Source of the DNA: an uncultured delta proteobacterium
GTDB taxonomy: Bacteria > Desulfobacterota > Desulfobacteria > Desulfobacterales > UBA5852
Reading direction: 5' to 3'
DNA: 64,000 nucleotides
Assembly: GCA_963850465.1 (NCBI GenBank)
Contig: CAWKLN010000020.1
Location: 20,538 to 84,537 of the forward strand
Shown: in pieces, positions 52,671 to 63,783 of the stretch
Layout of the letters: each line of letters begins with the position of its first letter
Position numbering within the stretch: the first letter of the stretch is position 1
The notes under the pieces: generated by a model
Seen by the model: the letters and a program-made list of their open reading frames with translations, nothing else
Database searches by the model: none
What the model was told of the DNA's origin: nothing
Translations under genes and position numbers: made by a program

Positions 52671-53465
52671 ATGAAAAAAGCAATTCGATTCCTTTTTTGG
52701 GGGGCTTTCTTGATATTGCCGCTGATTGCGTGTGCCACGACGGATTACGACATCGAAAAGAAAAAAGCCATATCTGAAGACAATCGTCGGTTGGGCGATG
52801 CCTATGCCCGGCAGGGCGACTACACTCGGGCCTTGCGGTACTATCTTGATGCGGCCAAGCATTATGCTGACGACCCGGACTTGCAATACAGTATGGGGAT
52901 GGCCTATCAGGAAAAAAAGAATTACGGACGCGCCATTGAACATTTTGAGCGTACGTTGGAGCTCAAACCCGATATGGCACCCGCTAAAAACAGCCTGGGC
53001 GTGGCCTATATCAAGAATCAAAATTATGACCAGGCCATCATTGTATTGAAACAGATGATTGAAGACCAAGCCTATGAAATATATATGACACCTCAGTACC
53101 CGAAGTATAACCTTGGATGGGCGTACTATCAAAAAGGCCAGTATCTCGAATCCGAGCACTATTTGCAGGAAACGCTCGATTATTACACTTCAGGTATCCC
53201 CAAAGACGGCATCTATATCAAAGCCTTGCGGGCCATGGGGTTGAACGCCTTGGCACAATCCAGGCCTGAACAATCCCTTTCCTACCTGGAGAAAGCCATT
53301 CCCTTCGCCCCCAAATGGCCGGATCTGTATCTCGATATTGCCCGCGCCCACCGCCTATCCGGCGCCGCGCCACAGGCTCGGCAGGCATACAATCGCGTCA
53401 TCGACCTGGCACCAGGCACTGATCTCGCGCTTACCGCGGCCAAAGAGGCGGCTGGCCTTAAATAG
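52671..53465 (+). CDS. TPR-repeat lipoprotein, PilW/PilF-like (tentative)
   Basis: The lipobox is LPLIAC. Several TPR units follow (LGDAYARQGDYTRALRYY, MGMAYQEKKNYGRAIEHF, LGVAYIKNQNYDQAI). It lies close to the pil cluster. Confidence 0.7.
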   Translation: MKKAIRFLFWGAFLILPLIACATTDYDIEKKKAISEDNRRLGDAYARQGDYTRALRYYLDAAKHYADDPDLQYSMGMAYQEKKNYGRAIEHFERTLELKPDMAPAKNSLGVAYIKNQNYDQAIIVLKQMIEDQAYEIYMTPQYPKYNLGWAYYQKGQYLESEHYLQETLDYYTSGIPKDGIYIKALRAMGLNALAQSRPEQSLSYLEKAIPFAPKWPDLYLDIARAHRLSGAAPQARQAYNRVIDLAPGTDLALTAAKEAAGLK

Positions 53466-54117
53466 CCACTTTGCTTTGGTCTCCAGGCGAAACCTTCGCC
53501 GGGCCAGATAGCGTAATTCCAAGCCTGCCACTTCTAACCGACCAGCCTTCTAAAACAGGGCTAACGCAATCGGCCATATGTAACCATCCCCTATAATAGT
53601 GCCATTGATAAGTAGAGACTTCTTGGGCAAAACAATGGTCCCAATGGAGCAACAATGCCGCTCTCCCTGCGACCTTTGGCCCCTAAGGATAATCATACTT
53701 CAAGCCACGCGCCTTCCCTCAGAACAGGAAAGATGACGATCCCACGTTCAGGTCTTTCTCTTAACACCTTATGATGCGAAAGTTCTATTTTCCCCATGTA
53801 AACCCGATAGCATCGCTAAGGTATGTGTAAATTGCTCAGCGGAAATCTGAGCAAACTAGTGGCACGATGGATAGAACCGCTAACAGCCAGCCGATCCCCA
53901 TCGAAAGCCTCATCCAAATTGCCTATCAAAAATTGGAAGGGTTTTTGATCCGAACAACCACCTGCTTTCCACCGGCATGTTTGGCCGTAGGATGAAATCG
54001 ACGTAAAAATTATAAATAAGCCTTGTTTGCAATTTATTGATGGCACCCTGTCATTCAGCTTGACGTTGATCAATCGGGAAAACGCCCTGCGTATACATAT
54101 AGTGCGCTAGTTCATCC

Positions 54118-54161
54118 ACAAAAAAGGCACCCCCCTCAATAGTGATTGAGGGGGGTGCCTT
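54118..54161 (-). terminator. Rho-independent terminator of pilQ
   Basis: On the minus strand this reads GGCACCCCCCTCAAT-cact-ATTGAGGGGGGTGCC, a perfect 15-17-bp stem, followed by a T6 run. It lies 26 nt after the pilQ stop. Confidence 0.8.
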
Positions 54162-54186
54162 GGGGGAGCTTGAGCAATGCTTGCGA

Positions 54187-57017
54187 TTAGAATTTAGTGC
54201 TTTGCACTTCCTTCTGTTCCAATTTGATGATTTTGGGGGTGAGGAAAATCAGCAGTTCATTTTGTGCGTCCTGCTTGGTGCTGTATTTAAAGAGCATCCC
54301 CAGCCCCGGGATCTTACGCAACCCGGGGATGCCGGATTCCCCTTCGGACACCGTGGCCTTGATGATTCCGCCGATGACGATGGTCTCGCCGTCTTCCAAC
54401 AACAGTTCGGTCGTGGCGGAGTTGGTTGAAATGGGCGGCTCTTCGGCCGTGATGTCGAGGACATCGTCTTTTTTGATATGGACGGCCAGCATCACGCGAT
54501 TATCTGGTGTGACCTTGGGCCGTACCCTCAATTCCAAATCGACTGGTTTAAACTTAACAGAAGAGCCGCCGGCCGAATCCCGCTCGATGTATGCGACTTC
54601 AAAGCCTTGCTTGATGACGGCCAACTTGCCGTCAAGGGTAAGGATTTTGGGCGCGGAAATAATGCGGGTTTTACCCTCTTCCTCTCCTAACTGGAGTCGG
54701 GCGTCGATGATGTCGAACGGTGTCCCGGAAAGCTTACTGAGACCAAAGCCGATGGCACCGGAGTCCAGCGCGCTGGTAGGAATATTATTGGCAGTCATAT
54801 CGATCCCGGTGACCTCAAAAACATCTCCGAGGTCGAAGCTGCCAATGCTGACCGTTCCCCAGTCAAAACCGAGGTCACGCCGGAAGTCTGTATTGGCTTC
54901 CACAATTCGTGATTCGATCAATACTTGTGGCGTCACCTGATCCAGAATACGAATAATTTCACGTACCCGCTCGATGGCCTTAGGCACGTCGTTGACAATA
55001 ATCATGTTCTTGGCAATATCCACCGAAACATTTCCGCGGGGGCTGAAACGGCTGTCCCAGCCCACTTCCGTGACTTCTTCACATTCTCGCGCAATATGGG
55101 CACACGCCGTGTCCCTGGCATCGATGTAGCTGCACAGAAAGAACTCCGTTATCAGTTCCTCTTCTTCGTCGGCTTTGCGGGACGCTTCCAGTTTTTCAGC
55201 TTGCAGTTTTTCTTCGCGTGCCAGGGTGGCCTGGGTGGCAATCCGGTAGATGCCCTGCTCTTCCTTGAGGCCCAGCTGGTTCATTTTAAGAACCAGTTCC
55301 AACACCTGATCCCAAGGTACGGGTTGCTCGAAATTCAGGGTAACTTTTCCAGTGACATCCTTATCAATGGCAAAGTTTTCACCAGAAATTTCTCCTAGTA
55401 TGCGAAAAACATTTTTGATATCCGTGTCATAAAAATTGAGCGCAATTTTTTCGCCCGTATAGATTTTCTTGGGTGATAAAATCGTTTCGTCAACCCGCTT
55501 TACGACGTCTCCCTCGTCTCTCAAGTACTTCAGATGCGGCACCCCATTTTACAGAATCGCCAACAGGGCTTTCACTCTGAGTGGCCTTCTCCTGAGGTTG
55601 GCCGGCAGTATCGCTGGGCGCTGGCACACTGGCAACTTCAGTAGCTTCAGCCGTTTCACCTTCAAGGGATTTCTTCCACTCGGGAACGGCCGTTGCTTCG
55701 AGCGGCTTGGGAGGAACCGTTGAGGCGGCAAATCGGACAAAGATGAAGTTCTCTTCCTGCTCGATTTCAAATGGGACCGACTCGCGGAGCTCAAATACCA
55801 CCACCGCATCATCACCCATCTGAGCTGTCTGCACGGGTGTAATCCGGTCCACCGCACTTTCAAATCGCGTGGTAATCAGGGGCCGCTTGCGATACTGCGG
55901 CACCTGGGTACCGAAAAGTTTCAGCTGCAGCTTGCGATCACTGACGCGCTGCATATCATACCTGACGACATCGGTCGTTCCAATGCTGACAAGCGACGCG
56001 CCCCCTTCGGCCCCGGTGAATTCTATTTTATTCAGCCATGCCGTCTTTTTGCTCTCACTGGATTCAGTTGGCGCCTCTGAAGGTTCTTGGGCGGCGACCT
56101 GCTCTACGACGACGGGAACTATCAAGTCCTCCCGGATAATTGGCTTCTCTTCGCTAACGCTGATAACCAGACCGTTCTTAACCGGTTTGGAGGCAAACGC
56201 CGTCATATAGGCGTGGTCCGTATCCAGAACGATTCGCAATTTGTCCGGATAGCAAAAATGCCTGATACCGGTTACCCATTTGGAATCAACGACGACTTTC
56301 TGCAGGCCTTTAAATGGACTGTTCATGTTAAATATATCGAAAACAATCCTTGGTGGATTATTAACGGTAAAAGCCGTATATTCCTGAATCGTTCCGTCCG
56401 CTAAAATGACGATATCAATCCCGTCGATACGCTCTTCGACATTAACGGTTTCGATACAGGTTCCCTTGGGGGCCACTTCGAGATCGTTGGAATTTGTCGT
56501 GTTCTGTGCTTCTGAAAAATTTTCCTCTTCTTTAGGCAACGCATCTTCAACGATGGCGTCGCGTGAAAATGCTATGATAATTCCCTGTTCATTCTGATCG
56601 ACACTGTATGCGGCATCCTTCGTAAGAGATACCACAATTTTGGCCGTATGTCCGTCCGCCACCACTTCAGAGGTCTCTATTCTGGTCACCGGATCCATCG
56701 CTGACATCGTACTGCTCTTCAATCCCTGACAGTTGAGTAGCGGGAAAGTAAAAGGTAACTTCGGCGGGCGATGCCTTCCGGATATCCGAAAACAGTAGCC
56801 CCTGGCTGCCTTCCACCATTAGATAGACACCATTCTCATCTTCGGAGACAGCAAGTTTAGAGATCTGTTTCAGATCGCTGGTGGTTATTCCGGTATTTTC
56901 AACCGGGTTGACCGCCGGATTGCCGGCACAACCGGAAATTACCAAGGACAGCATGATAAGGCTGCTGATAAAAGCGGCTTTGCGATATTTAACAGGGTAT
57001 AGACCTATAAAGCGCAT
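54187..57017 (-). pseudogene. pilQ: Type IVa pilus secretin PilQ with three AMIN domains, interrupted by two apparent frame changes (about 55542-55545 and about 56690-56712)
   Basis: Three ORFs join to form the gene. ORF 56667..57017 carries the lipobox VISGC and the first half of an AMIN domain. ORF 55490..56722 carries the rest of AMIN-1 and two more AMIN domains. ORF 54187..55542 carries the N0/N1 and secretin domains (GIPGLRKIPGLGMLFKYS...LLIFLTPKII). Confidence 0.85.
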
Positions 57018-57022
57018 TCTTT

Positions 57023-57643
57023 TTAGTCTCCAGGCGGTTTCTGAAGTTTTAGTTCACGTTTTTGGCTTGAAATTTTTCCGAAATCGTCCTCGCCCTGGTG
57101 CTCGATAACGATGCGATCTTGATCGATCTCCACCACCGCGCCACGCTCCAGACCGATTCTGGTGCCCATCATTACTACATAGCCCTTACCCGAGGCCTCT
57201 TCAACCAAAGCCCGTTTGAGTCCCTGGGTGGTAACAATCGCCGTTAGCTTAAGTTGACCAAGGTCAAGTTTCTCCAGTGGCGTTCGCGGCCGTTCGGGAC
57301 CCTTGGGTTTTACTGCGACGTTTACCGCCTTCTTCTCTGTTTCTTCTTTATAAAGAGGCGTAAAGGGATCGACTTTGCCTACCGGGTTATAGGGTAACCT
57401 CGCCGCTACTACCTCCGGAGCCACCTCTGTCGTGAGATTCGCCGTCGTGGCCGCGGCGGTTTCCCCCTCGGGAATTACTTTTTCCTCAGGAGATACTTTC
57501 TTGGGGTTTGCCGCTATCTGCTTTGTCACAACGGGGTCTTTAGCAGAGCCATTACCCTTCTTGCTCTCACATCCCGAAAGACCGAGAGATAGGCTTATCA
57601 AAAGAACCATTGCTATTCTGCGTGCGGCTATCAATTTTCTCAT
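57023..57643 (-). CDS. pilP: Pilus assembly lipoprotein PilP
   Basis: The lipobox is LGLSGC. The C-terminal PilP fold pattern is DPFTPL...LKLTAIV...ALVE...GYVVMMGTRIG...VVEID. Confidence 0.85.
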   Translation of the reverse strand: MRKLIAARRIAMVLLISLSLGLSGCESKKGNGSAKDPVVTKQIAANPKKVSPEEKVIPEGETAAATTANLTTEVAPEVVAARLPYNPVGKVDPFTPLYKEETEKKAVNVAVKPKGPERPRTPLEKLDLGQLKLTAIVTTQGLKRALVEEASGKGYVVMMGTRIGLERGAVVEIDQDRIVIEHQGEDDFGKISSQKRELKLQKPPGD

Positions 57644-57691
57644 CTTTAATCGCTTTGTAGTCTTTTTTACAAAATTATTGCCATGAAATTA

Positions 57692-58324
57692 TTACTTCTT
57701 CTTTAGCTTTTTATCTTCCGGTTTGGCTTTATCGGGTGTTGGTTCTATAAATTTGTAGGTCACTGCCTCACAAGATGTCGTTAGCCCTCCGGACTTATCA
57801 TGTGACATTTGGATATTGCGTATATTGACTATGCGTGACAAATTGGCCACTTTGTCAAAAAACTGTGCAACATTATGATACCCACCCCTGACGCGTATCG
57901 ATACAGGGATTTCCGCATAAAAATTCCTATTGACATCTCCCTGGGGCTGAAAAAGCAGAAATTCAAGTCCCGCTTGCTGGCCCGACTGTGACACACCCGT
58001 AAGCAAAGAAGAAATCTCTTCTTTTTCTGGCAAAGATTTCATAACCAAATTAAAATCACGTTGTTTGGAGTCGAATTCTTTCCGTAATGCTTCAAGTTGT
58101 TGTGCATTCTTCTTGGAGCGTGTCAGATCAGCTGTAAGTCGTTTATGTTCAGCGTCCAGTTTTCCAATACTTTGCCATCTTGGCCAATAGGATAGAAACC
58201 AAAAAAGGACAAAAATGACGATGAAGACACCAATACATATCATGATTCGCTGAATCTTCGAAAGCTCGCTAACACGATCAAAGACCGCATCCAGTTGTTT
58301 CGATGTAATACCTAGTTTCTCCAT
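57692..58324 (-). CDS. pilO: Pilus assembly protein PilO
   Basis: One TM helix, a coiled coil, and a C-terminal IPVSIRVRGGYHNVAQFFDKVANLSRIVNI pattern. Confidence 0.85.
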   Translation of the reverse strand: MEKLGITSKQLDAVFDRVSELSKIQRIMICIGVFIVIFVLFWFLSYWPRWQSIGKLDAEHKRLTADLTRSKKNAQQLEALRKEFDSKQRDFNLVMKSLPEKEEISSLLTGVSQSGQQAGLEFLLFQPQGDVNRNFYAEIPVSIRVRGGYHNVAQFFDKVANLSRIVNIRNIQMSHDKSGGLTTSCEAVTYKFIEPTPDKAKPEDKKLKKK

Positions 58325-58340
58325 TGTGGCTACTCGTCAG

Positions 58341-58949
58341 CTACTTTCTTTTGGATTTTTTGTCATCCGGTTCTTCAGGGAGTTTCACCAATTTAAGCGC
58401 CGAAATTTCAAATTTCTTCATGTTGAGATTGCGAATTTCTTCCTGCTGCAGCTTGTTTAGGCGAACCTTTTCATACATTTGTGCCTTTGGGTCGTTTAAC
58501 TTAGAAAGGCTTTCAAGATTGTCAATGAAATCTGCTACCGTCTTATTATCTAACGCGATTCCATCGACATCCATTTGGTTTCCTTGAATATTCAGCCTTA
58601 TCAACCACATTCGTTCCGGCACGATTTTATTGGTCAATTCATCCATGATATGGACGGGTTCAAATCGTTGTTTCTCAAGGTCCTGAATGACATTTTGGCG
58701 CATCTCTAAGTCTTGTAGCTTTTTCCGGATTTCATTAATCTCAGCGTTTTTCGCTTGGTAGAGCGCCAACTCTTTTTTGGTATCGGACACGTTCGTGGTG
58801 AGGCGCTTCTGTTTACTGCCTAAAAAGAAATGCACCCAAACCAGAACAACCATGACAAGCAATAGACAGAGAAAGAAGACCGATACCTGTCGGCGAATAT
58901 TTTCCTTCTTGCGGGCAGCTCTAAACGGTAGTAAATTTATGCGTATCAT
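58341..58949 (-). CDS. pilN: Pilus assembly protein PilN
   Basis: The N-terminal signature MIRINLLPFR is followed by a TM helix and a coiled coil. Confidence 0.9.
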   Translation of the reverse strand: MIRINLLPFRAARKKENIRRQVSVFFLCLLLVMVVLVWVHFFLGSKQKRLTTNVSDTKKELALYQAKNAEINEIRKKLQDLEMRQNVIQDLEKQRFEPVHIMDELTNKIVPERMWLIRLNIQGNQMDVDGIALDNKTVADFIDNLESLSKLNDPKAQMYEKVRLNKLQQEEIRNLNMKKFEISALKLVKLPEEPDDKKSKRK

Positions 58950-60001
58950 TTATCGTCAACTCTTCTGATTGCCAGTCCCATGCAAATCGCAGCCTGTGGA
59001 GCAATCTGCTGAATGTAGGCCGAATCAAATGCATCATCGTCTATACGTAAGTTCTGAAAGGGGTTGATCATTTCGACATGGGCCGACGTTTCCGCGCCGA
59101 GCAACTGCCGAAACTCCGCGATATTGGCCCCTCCACCACTTAAAACAATACGTGTTATTTGATCTTCTGGATACGTCGAATAAAAAAAGTCCAAGGCACG
59201 ACGAATTTCAGTACACCAATCCGCCACGACCGTGGATATTATATTTTTAAGATCTTCGCTGGAAATCTTATCCAGTTGATCGCCTTGTTTCAGTTGCTCA
59301 GCCTCTTCCACCGAACAACCAATCAACGATACAATCTTCTGGTTAATTTGCCCGCAACCCAATGCCACATCCCGCATAAAAACAGACGCCATTCCTTTAA
59401 GAATATTTAGCGATGTTTTGCCGGCTCCGATATCGATCAATGCGATATTTTCTTCCTGTGCATCATAATTCATTTCAAAAATATTCTGTAACGCAAACGC
59501 TTCAACATCGATTATGCATGGATTCAGACCAGCCATGTTCACCAGGTTGATATAATCATTCACCATTTCCTTCTTAGCCGCAACCAAAAATACATTCATC
59601 TGATTCGGGTTATGTTCACTTTCCCCTAAGATTTGAAAATCCAGATTAACGTCGGAAATATCAAACGGGATATACTGCTCCGCTTCAAACTGGATGGTTT
59701 CCTGCAACTGTTCTTCCGGCATTGTCTGGACATTGATCTTTTTTACAATAACCGAATAGCCGCCGATTGAGACAGCAACGCTGTTCTCCTTAATATTATA
59801 TGTCTTGAACAATTGCTGAATAGCTTCAGAAACCGCCTCGGGATCATTGATGGCACCGTCTTCGATAGCACCTGCGGGAATATCAATCATCCCGAATTTC
59901 TTGAGCACCAAGCCCTTTTTGCCCTCAACGACCTCTCCCGCCTTTATGGATCGGGATCCAATGTCAAGACCAACCAGATGATTCTTTTTACCAAACAGCA
60001 T
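58946..60001 (-). CDS. pilM: Pilus assembly ATPase-like protein PilM
   Basis: VGLDIGSRSIKAGEV and IDIGAGKTSLNIL match the actin-like fold, and the gene overlaps pilN by 4 nt. Confidence 0.9.
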   Translation of the reverse strand: MLFGKKNHLVGLDIGSRSIKAGEVVEGKKGLVLKKFGMIDIPAGAIEDGAINDPEAVSEAIQQLFKTYNIKENSVAVSIGGYSVIVKKINVQTMPEEQLQETIQFEAEQYIPFDISDVNLDFQILGESEHNPNQMNVFLVAAKKEMVNDYINLVNMAGLNPCIIDVEAFALQNIFEMNYDAQEENIALIDIGAGKTSLNILKGMASVFMRDVALGCGQINQKIVSLIGCSVEEAEQLKQGDQLDKISSEDLKNIISTVVADWCTEIRRALDFFYSTYPEDQITRIVLSGGGANIAEFRQLLGAETSAHVEMINPFQNLRIDDDAFDSAYIQQIAPQAAICMGLAIRRVDDK

Positions 60002-60010
60002 GGAGTTCTC

Positions 60011-60211
60011 TTATTCTTTAAAAATTTTTTCTTTTTCGGATAGATTCAGGCCCAATGCCAATAAAATCTTCCGCTTTGTCTCCATCCGACAAGGTAACCC
60101 TTGTTCAATCCGCGAAATCGTAATTGGTGAAACGTTTGCATCCCTAGCTAATTCAGCTTTGCTCATCAGAAGGGACTCGCGTACTTTTTTTAAAGAGTTT
60201 TTGCCGCCCAT
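60011..60211 (-). CDS. Small XRE-family helix-turn-helix protein directly upstream of pilM
   Basis: 66 aa with the HTH segment LLMSKAELARDANVSPITISRIEQG. Its stop lies 9 nt before the pilM start. Confidence 0.8.
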   Translation of the reverse strand: MGGKNSLKKVRESLLMSKAELARDANVSPITISRIEQGLPCRMETKRKILLALGLNLSEKEKIFKE

Positions 60212-60985
60212 ATATTTTCTGCACAGTTTGATGTAATTAATGAATTCTTTTTTTTTCCTCTTTTATTTTCATACACCCTGTCCCTTTGAAGTCAAGTGAA
60301 TTATACAAAATTTATATATAATTATATGTAGTTACCCTATATTGTACAATGTTGTCTATAAATTCACTATATGTAGTGTCAATGATGGCAAAACCCTTCA
60401 CTTAATCCAATTTTTCCACCGCAACCGCTCTTTTTTTTCACCTATCGGCCATTTTAACCGAATAGTTTATTGAATTTTGTGCTTGTTCCGGCCATCGGTT
60501 TTACCAATACCTTTAAACTGAGAGTGGACAAGCTTTTTTTTTCAGGATAAACAATAACAAAAATATGGCATTTTCCCAAAAAAAGCTGAACAGGATCGCT
60601 TATATCTCCGGACCAACCCGTTTTGAATGGCTATCACTTGTATGTCGACCTGTTGTTAAACAACCAAAGAATGCGAACAAGAACCTTCAATCTATCTGAA
60701 GTTTGGTCTAAAAGAAGCGACAATCGGCTATCAATGATCTCAGTGTAGCGGTGCCTTGCTCCCGGCGACCAGCCAACGGGCACATTGCGGCACCATTTTT
60801 TACGGGTCGATGATCCAAAAAGGACAAATCCATGTGGCGCTTTGAAAAAGCTTCAAATATAGGCCCTTGCCAAGGATCCCGAGTCCTGTGCAAACCGCTG
60901 TATATATGACTTAAAGTTCACTAAGATTTTTTATAGGTTATCGGCTCGATTTTTTTAATCTCAGCAAACAAACTATCATTTCATA

Positions 60986-62413
60986 ATGCATCGTTATCAA
61001 TTAATTCGACAGGAACCCAGCAAGCCTTTCAGACTGGTGAAATATTTCACAATGACCAGTCTCATTGTTATTTTCGCTGGCGCAATCATCCTTTCCGCCC
61101 TCAATATACACTGGGCCCGGCAAATGCAGATTGAAAAAAGTGAGGATTACGCCCTCTTGCTAATTGAAAACCTGAACCATCAAATTTTTCTGCAATTTAT
61201 TATTCCAACAATTTTGACGCATGGCAAAATACAATTACGCGAAAGCGCTCAATTTGAATTGATGGACAAGGTCGTGCGAAGCACGCTGCATAGCTTCAAT
61301 ATCGACGGGGTTAACATTTATGACCTGAAAAATACGATCTCCTACAGCCTTGATCGCGAGGTCATAGGAAAAAGAAACGCGGGAGGAACTTATTACCACG
61401 ATGCACTGGAGGGCCAGCGCCGAACACGCTTGGACCAAAACGGCAATTTTATTCAACTTTTATTTGGCATCCCTGATGAAAGCAGAATTATCACTTACGC
61501 TCCGTTAAGGGCGGAAAAGCCGCTGTCTCTCATTCCCGGCCCGGTGTTGGGCGTTGTTGAACTGGTGCAAGACATCTCGTCGGAATACCAGGCCATTTAC
61601 CGTGTGCAAACCCGCGTCATACTGACCTCTACAGCGGTAATGCTCACACTGTTTTTGATCCTTCTGCTGGTGGTCCGGAGGGGAGAAGACATTATTGAAA
61701 AACGGGCGCTGGAACGGCTGAAGCTCGAAGAACAACTTGCGCGCGCCAAACACTTAGCAAATCTCGGTGAAATGACAGCTAGTATTTCGCATGAAATCCG
61801 TAATCCATTAGGAATTATCAAAAGTTCTGCTGAATTACTGAAGAAAAAAGTCCATCAGCTTGATCCGTCCAATCCCATACCGGGAATTATTGTTGAAGAA
61901 GCTTCGCGGCTGAATGGAATTCTTACGAATTTTCTCAATTTTGCAAGACCCTACCAACCTGATTTGCGCCCCGGACACGTTAAACCCGTTATTGATAAAA
62001 CACTGCAACATCTTGCATCAAAGCTCGAGGAGCGGCGCATTACTGTCAGAAAACAGTTTAGGAAAACCATAGGCGAGATTTTGCTCGATAGCGATATGCT
62101 CTATCAAGCCCTGCTTAATTTACTGATAAATGCCATGCAGGCCATAAAGGCCGACGGCCATATCGACATTGCTTTAACGGAACAGAATTCTCAAGTTCAA
62201 CTCCTCCTGCACGACTCGGGGCCTGGCATTGACAGCCTCATTCTCGAAAAAATCTGGGATCCTTTCTTTACCAATAAAGAAAAAGGTACCGGCTTAGGGC
62301 TTGGCATTGTAAAAAAGATTATCGAAGCCCATGATGGTCAGATTACAATCGCAAATGCAGCATCAGGTGGGGCGACGGTAACAATCCTCTTACCGCTCTA
62401 CCAGGGGACTTGA
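60986..62413 (+). CDS. Sensor histidine kinase (two TM helices with a periplasmic loop, HisKA, HATPase_c), PilS/AtoS-like
   Basis: The H-box is [13 protein letters not shown], the N-box [11 protein letters not shown], and the G-boxes DSGPGI and GTGLGLGIV. Confidence 0.85.
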   Translation: MHRYQLIRQEPSKPFRLVKYFTMTSLIVIFAGAIILSALNIHWARQMQIEKSEDYALLLIENLNHQIFLQFIIPTILTHGKIQLRESAQFELMDKVVRSTLHSFNIDGVNIYDLKNTISYSLDREVIGKRNAGGTYYHDALEGQRRTRLDQNGNFIQLLFGIPDESRIITYAPLRAEKPLSLIPGPVLGVVELVQDISSEYQAIYRVQTRVILTSTAVMLTLFLILLLVVRRGEDIIEKRALERLKLEEQLARAKHLANLGEMTASISHEIRNPLGIIKSSAELLKKKVHQLDPSNPIPGIIVEEASRLNGILTNFLNFARPYQPDLRPGHVKPVIDKTLQHLASKLEERRITVRKQFRKTIGEILLDSDMLYQALLNLLINAMQAIKADGHIDIALTEQNSQVQLLLHDSGPGIDSLILEKIWDPFFTNKEKGTGLGLGIVKKIIEAHDGQITIANAASGGATVTILLPLYQGT

Positions 62414-63783
62414 TGATGGAATCCATACTTGTCGTTGATGACGAAAAAAACTACACGGCGGTATTGAGCGCCGTTCTGGAAGAAGAAGGTTTTGAAACCT
62501 TCATAGCCAACAGTGGCGCGCAAGCCCTTGAGGTACTTGGGCATGAAGAGATCAATCTCGTTATTTCCGATATGAAAATGCCCGCCATGGACGGACTGAC
62601 CTTGCTGGAGAAAATAAAAAGCCGCATCCCCGACATGCCGGTTATTATTATGACCGCGCATGGTACGGTCGATAAGGCCGTAGAGGCCATGCAAAAGGGC
62701 GCCTATACATTTATCCTCAAGCCTTTCGACAACGAACGACTCGTGATGTATGCGCACAAGGCCATTGAACTCCACCGTCTTGTCAAAGACAACCAGCGCC
62801 TCCAGTATGAAGTCGAATCTCAATACAACTTTGACAACATCATCGGTAAAAGCCCACCGATGCAAAACGTCTTTAAAACCATTAGCAAAGTCGGCCCGAC
62901 ATCAGCCACCGTGCTCATTTTAGGTGAGAGCGGCACCGGGAAGGAATTGGTAGCAAAATCCATTCATTTCAACAGTCCGCGACGGAACAAACCGATTGTG
63001 GCCGTAAACTGTGCCGCCCTGGCGGAGAACCTTCTGGAAAGCGAGTTGTTCGGTCATGAAAAAGGGGCATTCACAGGGGCTGTCGCCCGTAAGAAAGGAC
63101 GGTTTGAGCTTGCCGATGGCGGCACCATTTTCCTTGATGAAATTGGCGAGTTGCCGCCCAGCCTGCAGGTTAAGCTCTTAAGAGTGCTTCAGGAAAAAAC
63201 GATAGAGCGTGTCGGCGGCACCTTGCCCATCCCCGTAGACATTCGCATCATTGCGGCCACCCATCGCAGCTTGAAACAGGAAATTGAAGAGGGTCGGTTT
63301 CGAGAAGATCTGTTTTATCGGCTAAATGTGGTCAAAATTCAGTTGCCCCAACTGAAACAGCGCCCGGAAGATATCCGCCTGCTGACTGACCACTTTCTTC
63401 GCAAATACGGTGCCGAACGCCCAGCCGGTAGCCCCATTACTCAGGTTGATCCGGCGGTAGAGCGACTCTTTCATGACTACCACTGGCCCGGCAATGTGAG
63501 AGAACTGGAAAATGTCATTGAAAGGGCAATGGTGCTATCCTCGGGGCCAACCGTAACAGTAGCAGACCTGCCGACGGAATTGCGGGATCATGTCCGTAAC
63601 ACGCTGCATCTCGAAGGTATCCCGGCGGATGCCACCCTGTATGAAACGCTGGCGATGGTGGAACAGAAAATGATCATGCGTGCCATGAAAATGGCAGGCA
63701 ATATCCAGACCAAGGCCGCTGAAATTCTCGGTATCGGTAAAAGCGGCTTGAATCAAAAATTGAAAAAATTTGATTTAAGTTGA
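62410..63783 (+). CDS. Sigma-54-dependent Fis-family response regulator (PilR/NtrC-like)
   Basis: REC (ILVVDDEKN...[12 protein letters not shown]), the Walker [15 protein letters not shown], and the C-terminal [26 protein letters not shown]. Confidence 0.9.
   Translation: MMMESILVVDDEKNYTAVLSAVLEEEGFETFIANSGAQALEVLGHEEINLVISDMKMPAMDGLTLLEKIKSRIPDMPVIIMTAHGTVDKAVEAMQKGAYTFILKPFDNERLVMYAHKAIELHRLVKDNQRLQYEVESQYNFDNIIGKSPPMQNVFKTISKVGPTSATVLILGESGTGKELVAKSIHFNSPRRNKPIVAVNCAALAENLLESELFGHEKGAFTGAVARKKGRFELADGGTIFLDEIGELPPSLQVKLLRVLQEKTIERVGGTLPIPVDIRIIAATHRSLKQEIEEGRFREDLFYRLNVVKIQLPQLKQRPEDIRLLTDHFLRKYGAERPAGSPITQVDPAVERLFHDYHWPGNVRELENVIERAMVLSSGPTVTVADLPTELRDHVRNTLHLEGIPADATLYETLAMVEQKMIMRAMKMAGNIQTKAAEILGIGKSGLNQKLKKFDLS

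Noticed and set aside
53816-54073. An 85-aa minus-strand ORF in the TPR/pilQ spacer, and the similar 61-aa ORF at 60708-60893.
   Set aside because: Neither has a recognisable family or a convincing ribosome-binding site, and both have atypical composition. I treat them as non-coding until shown otherwise.
60770-60795. A GGCAC...GGCAC stretch resembling a sigma-54 -24/-12 promoter upstream of the PilS-like kinase.
   Set aside because: The GG-to-GC spacing is one nucleotide short of the consensus TGGCAC-N5-TTGC, and the -12 TTGC is absent. Other TGGCA-containing sites in 60212-60985 also lack a correctly spaced GC.
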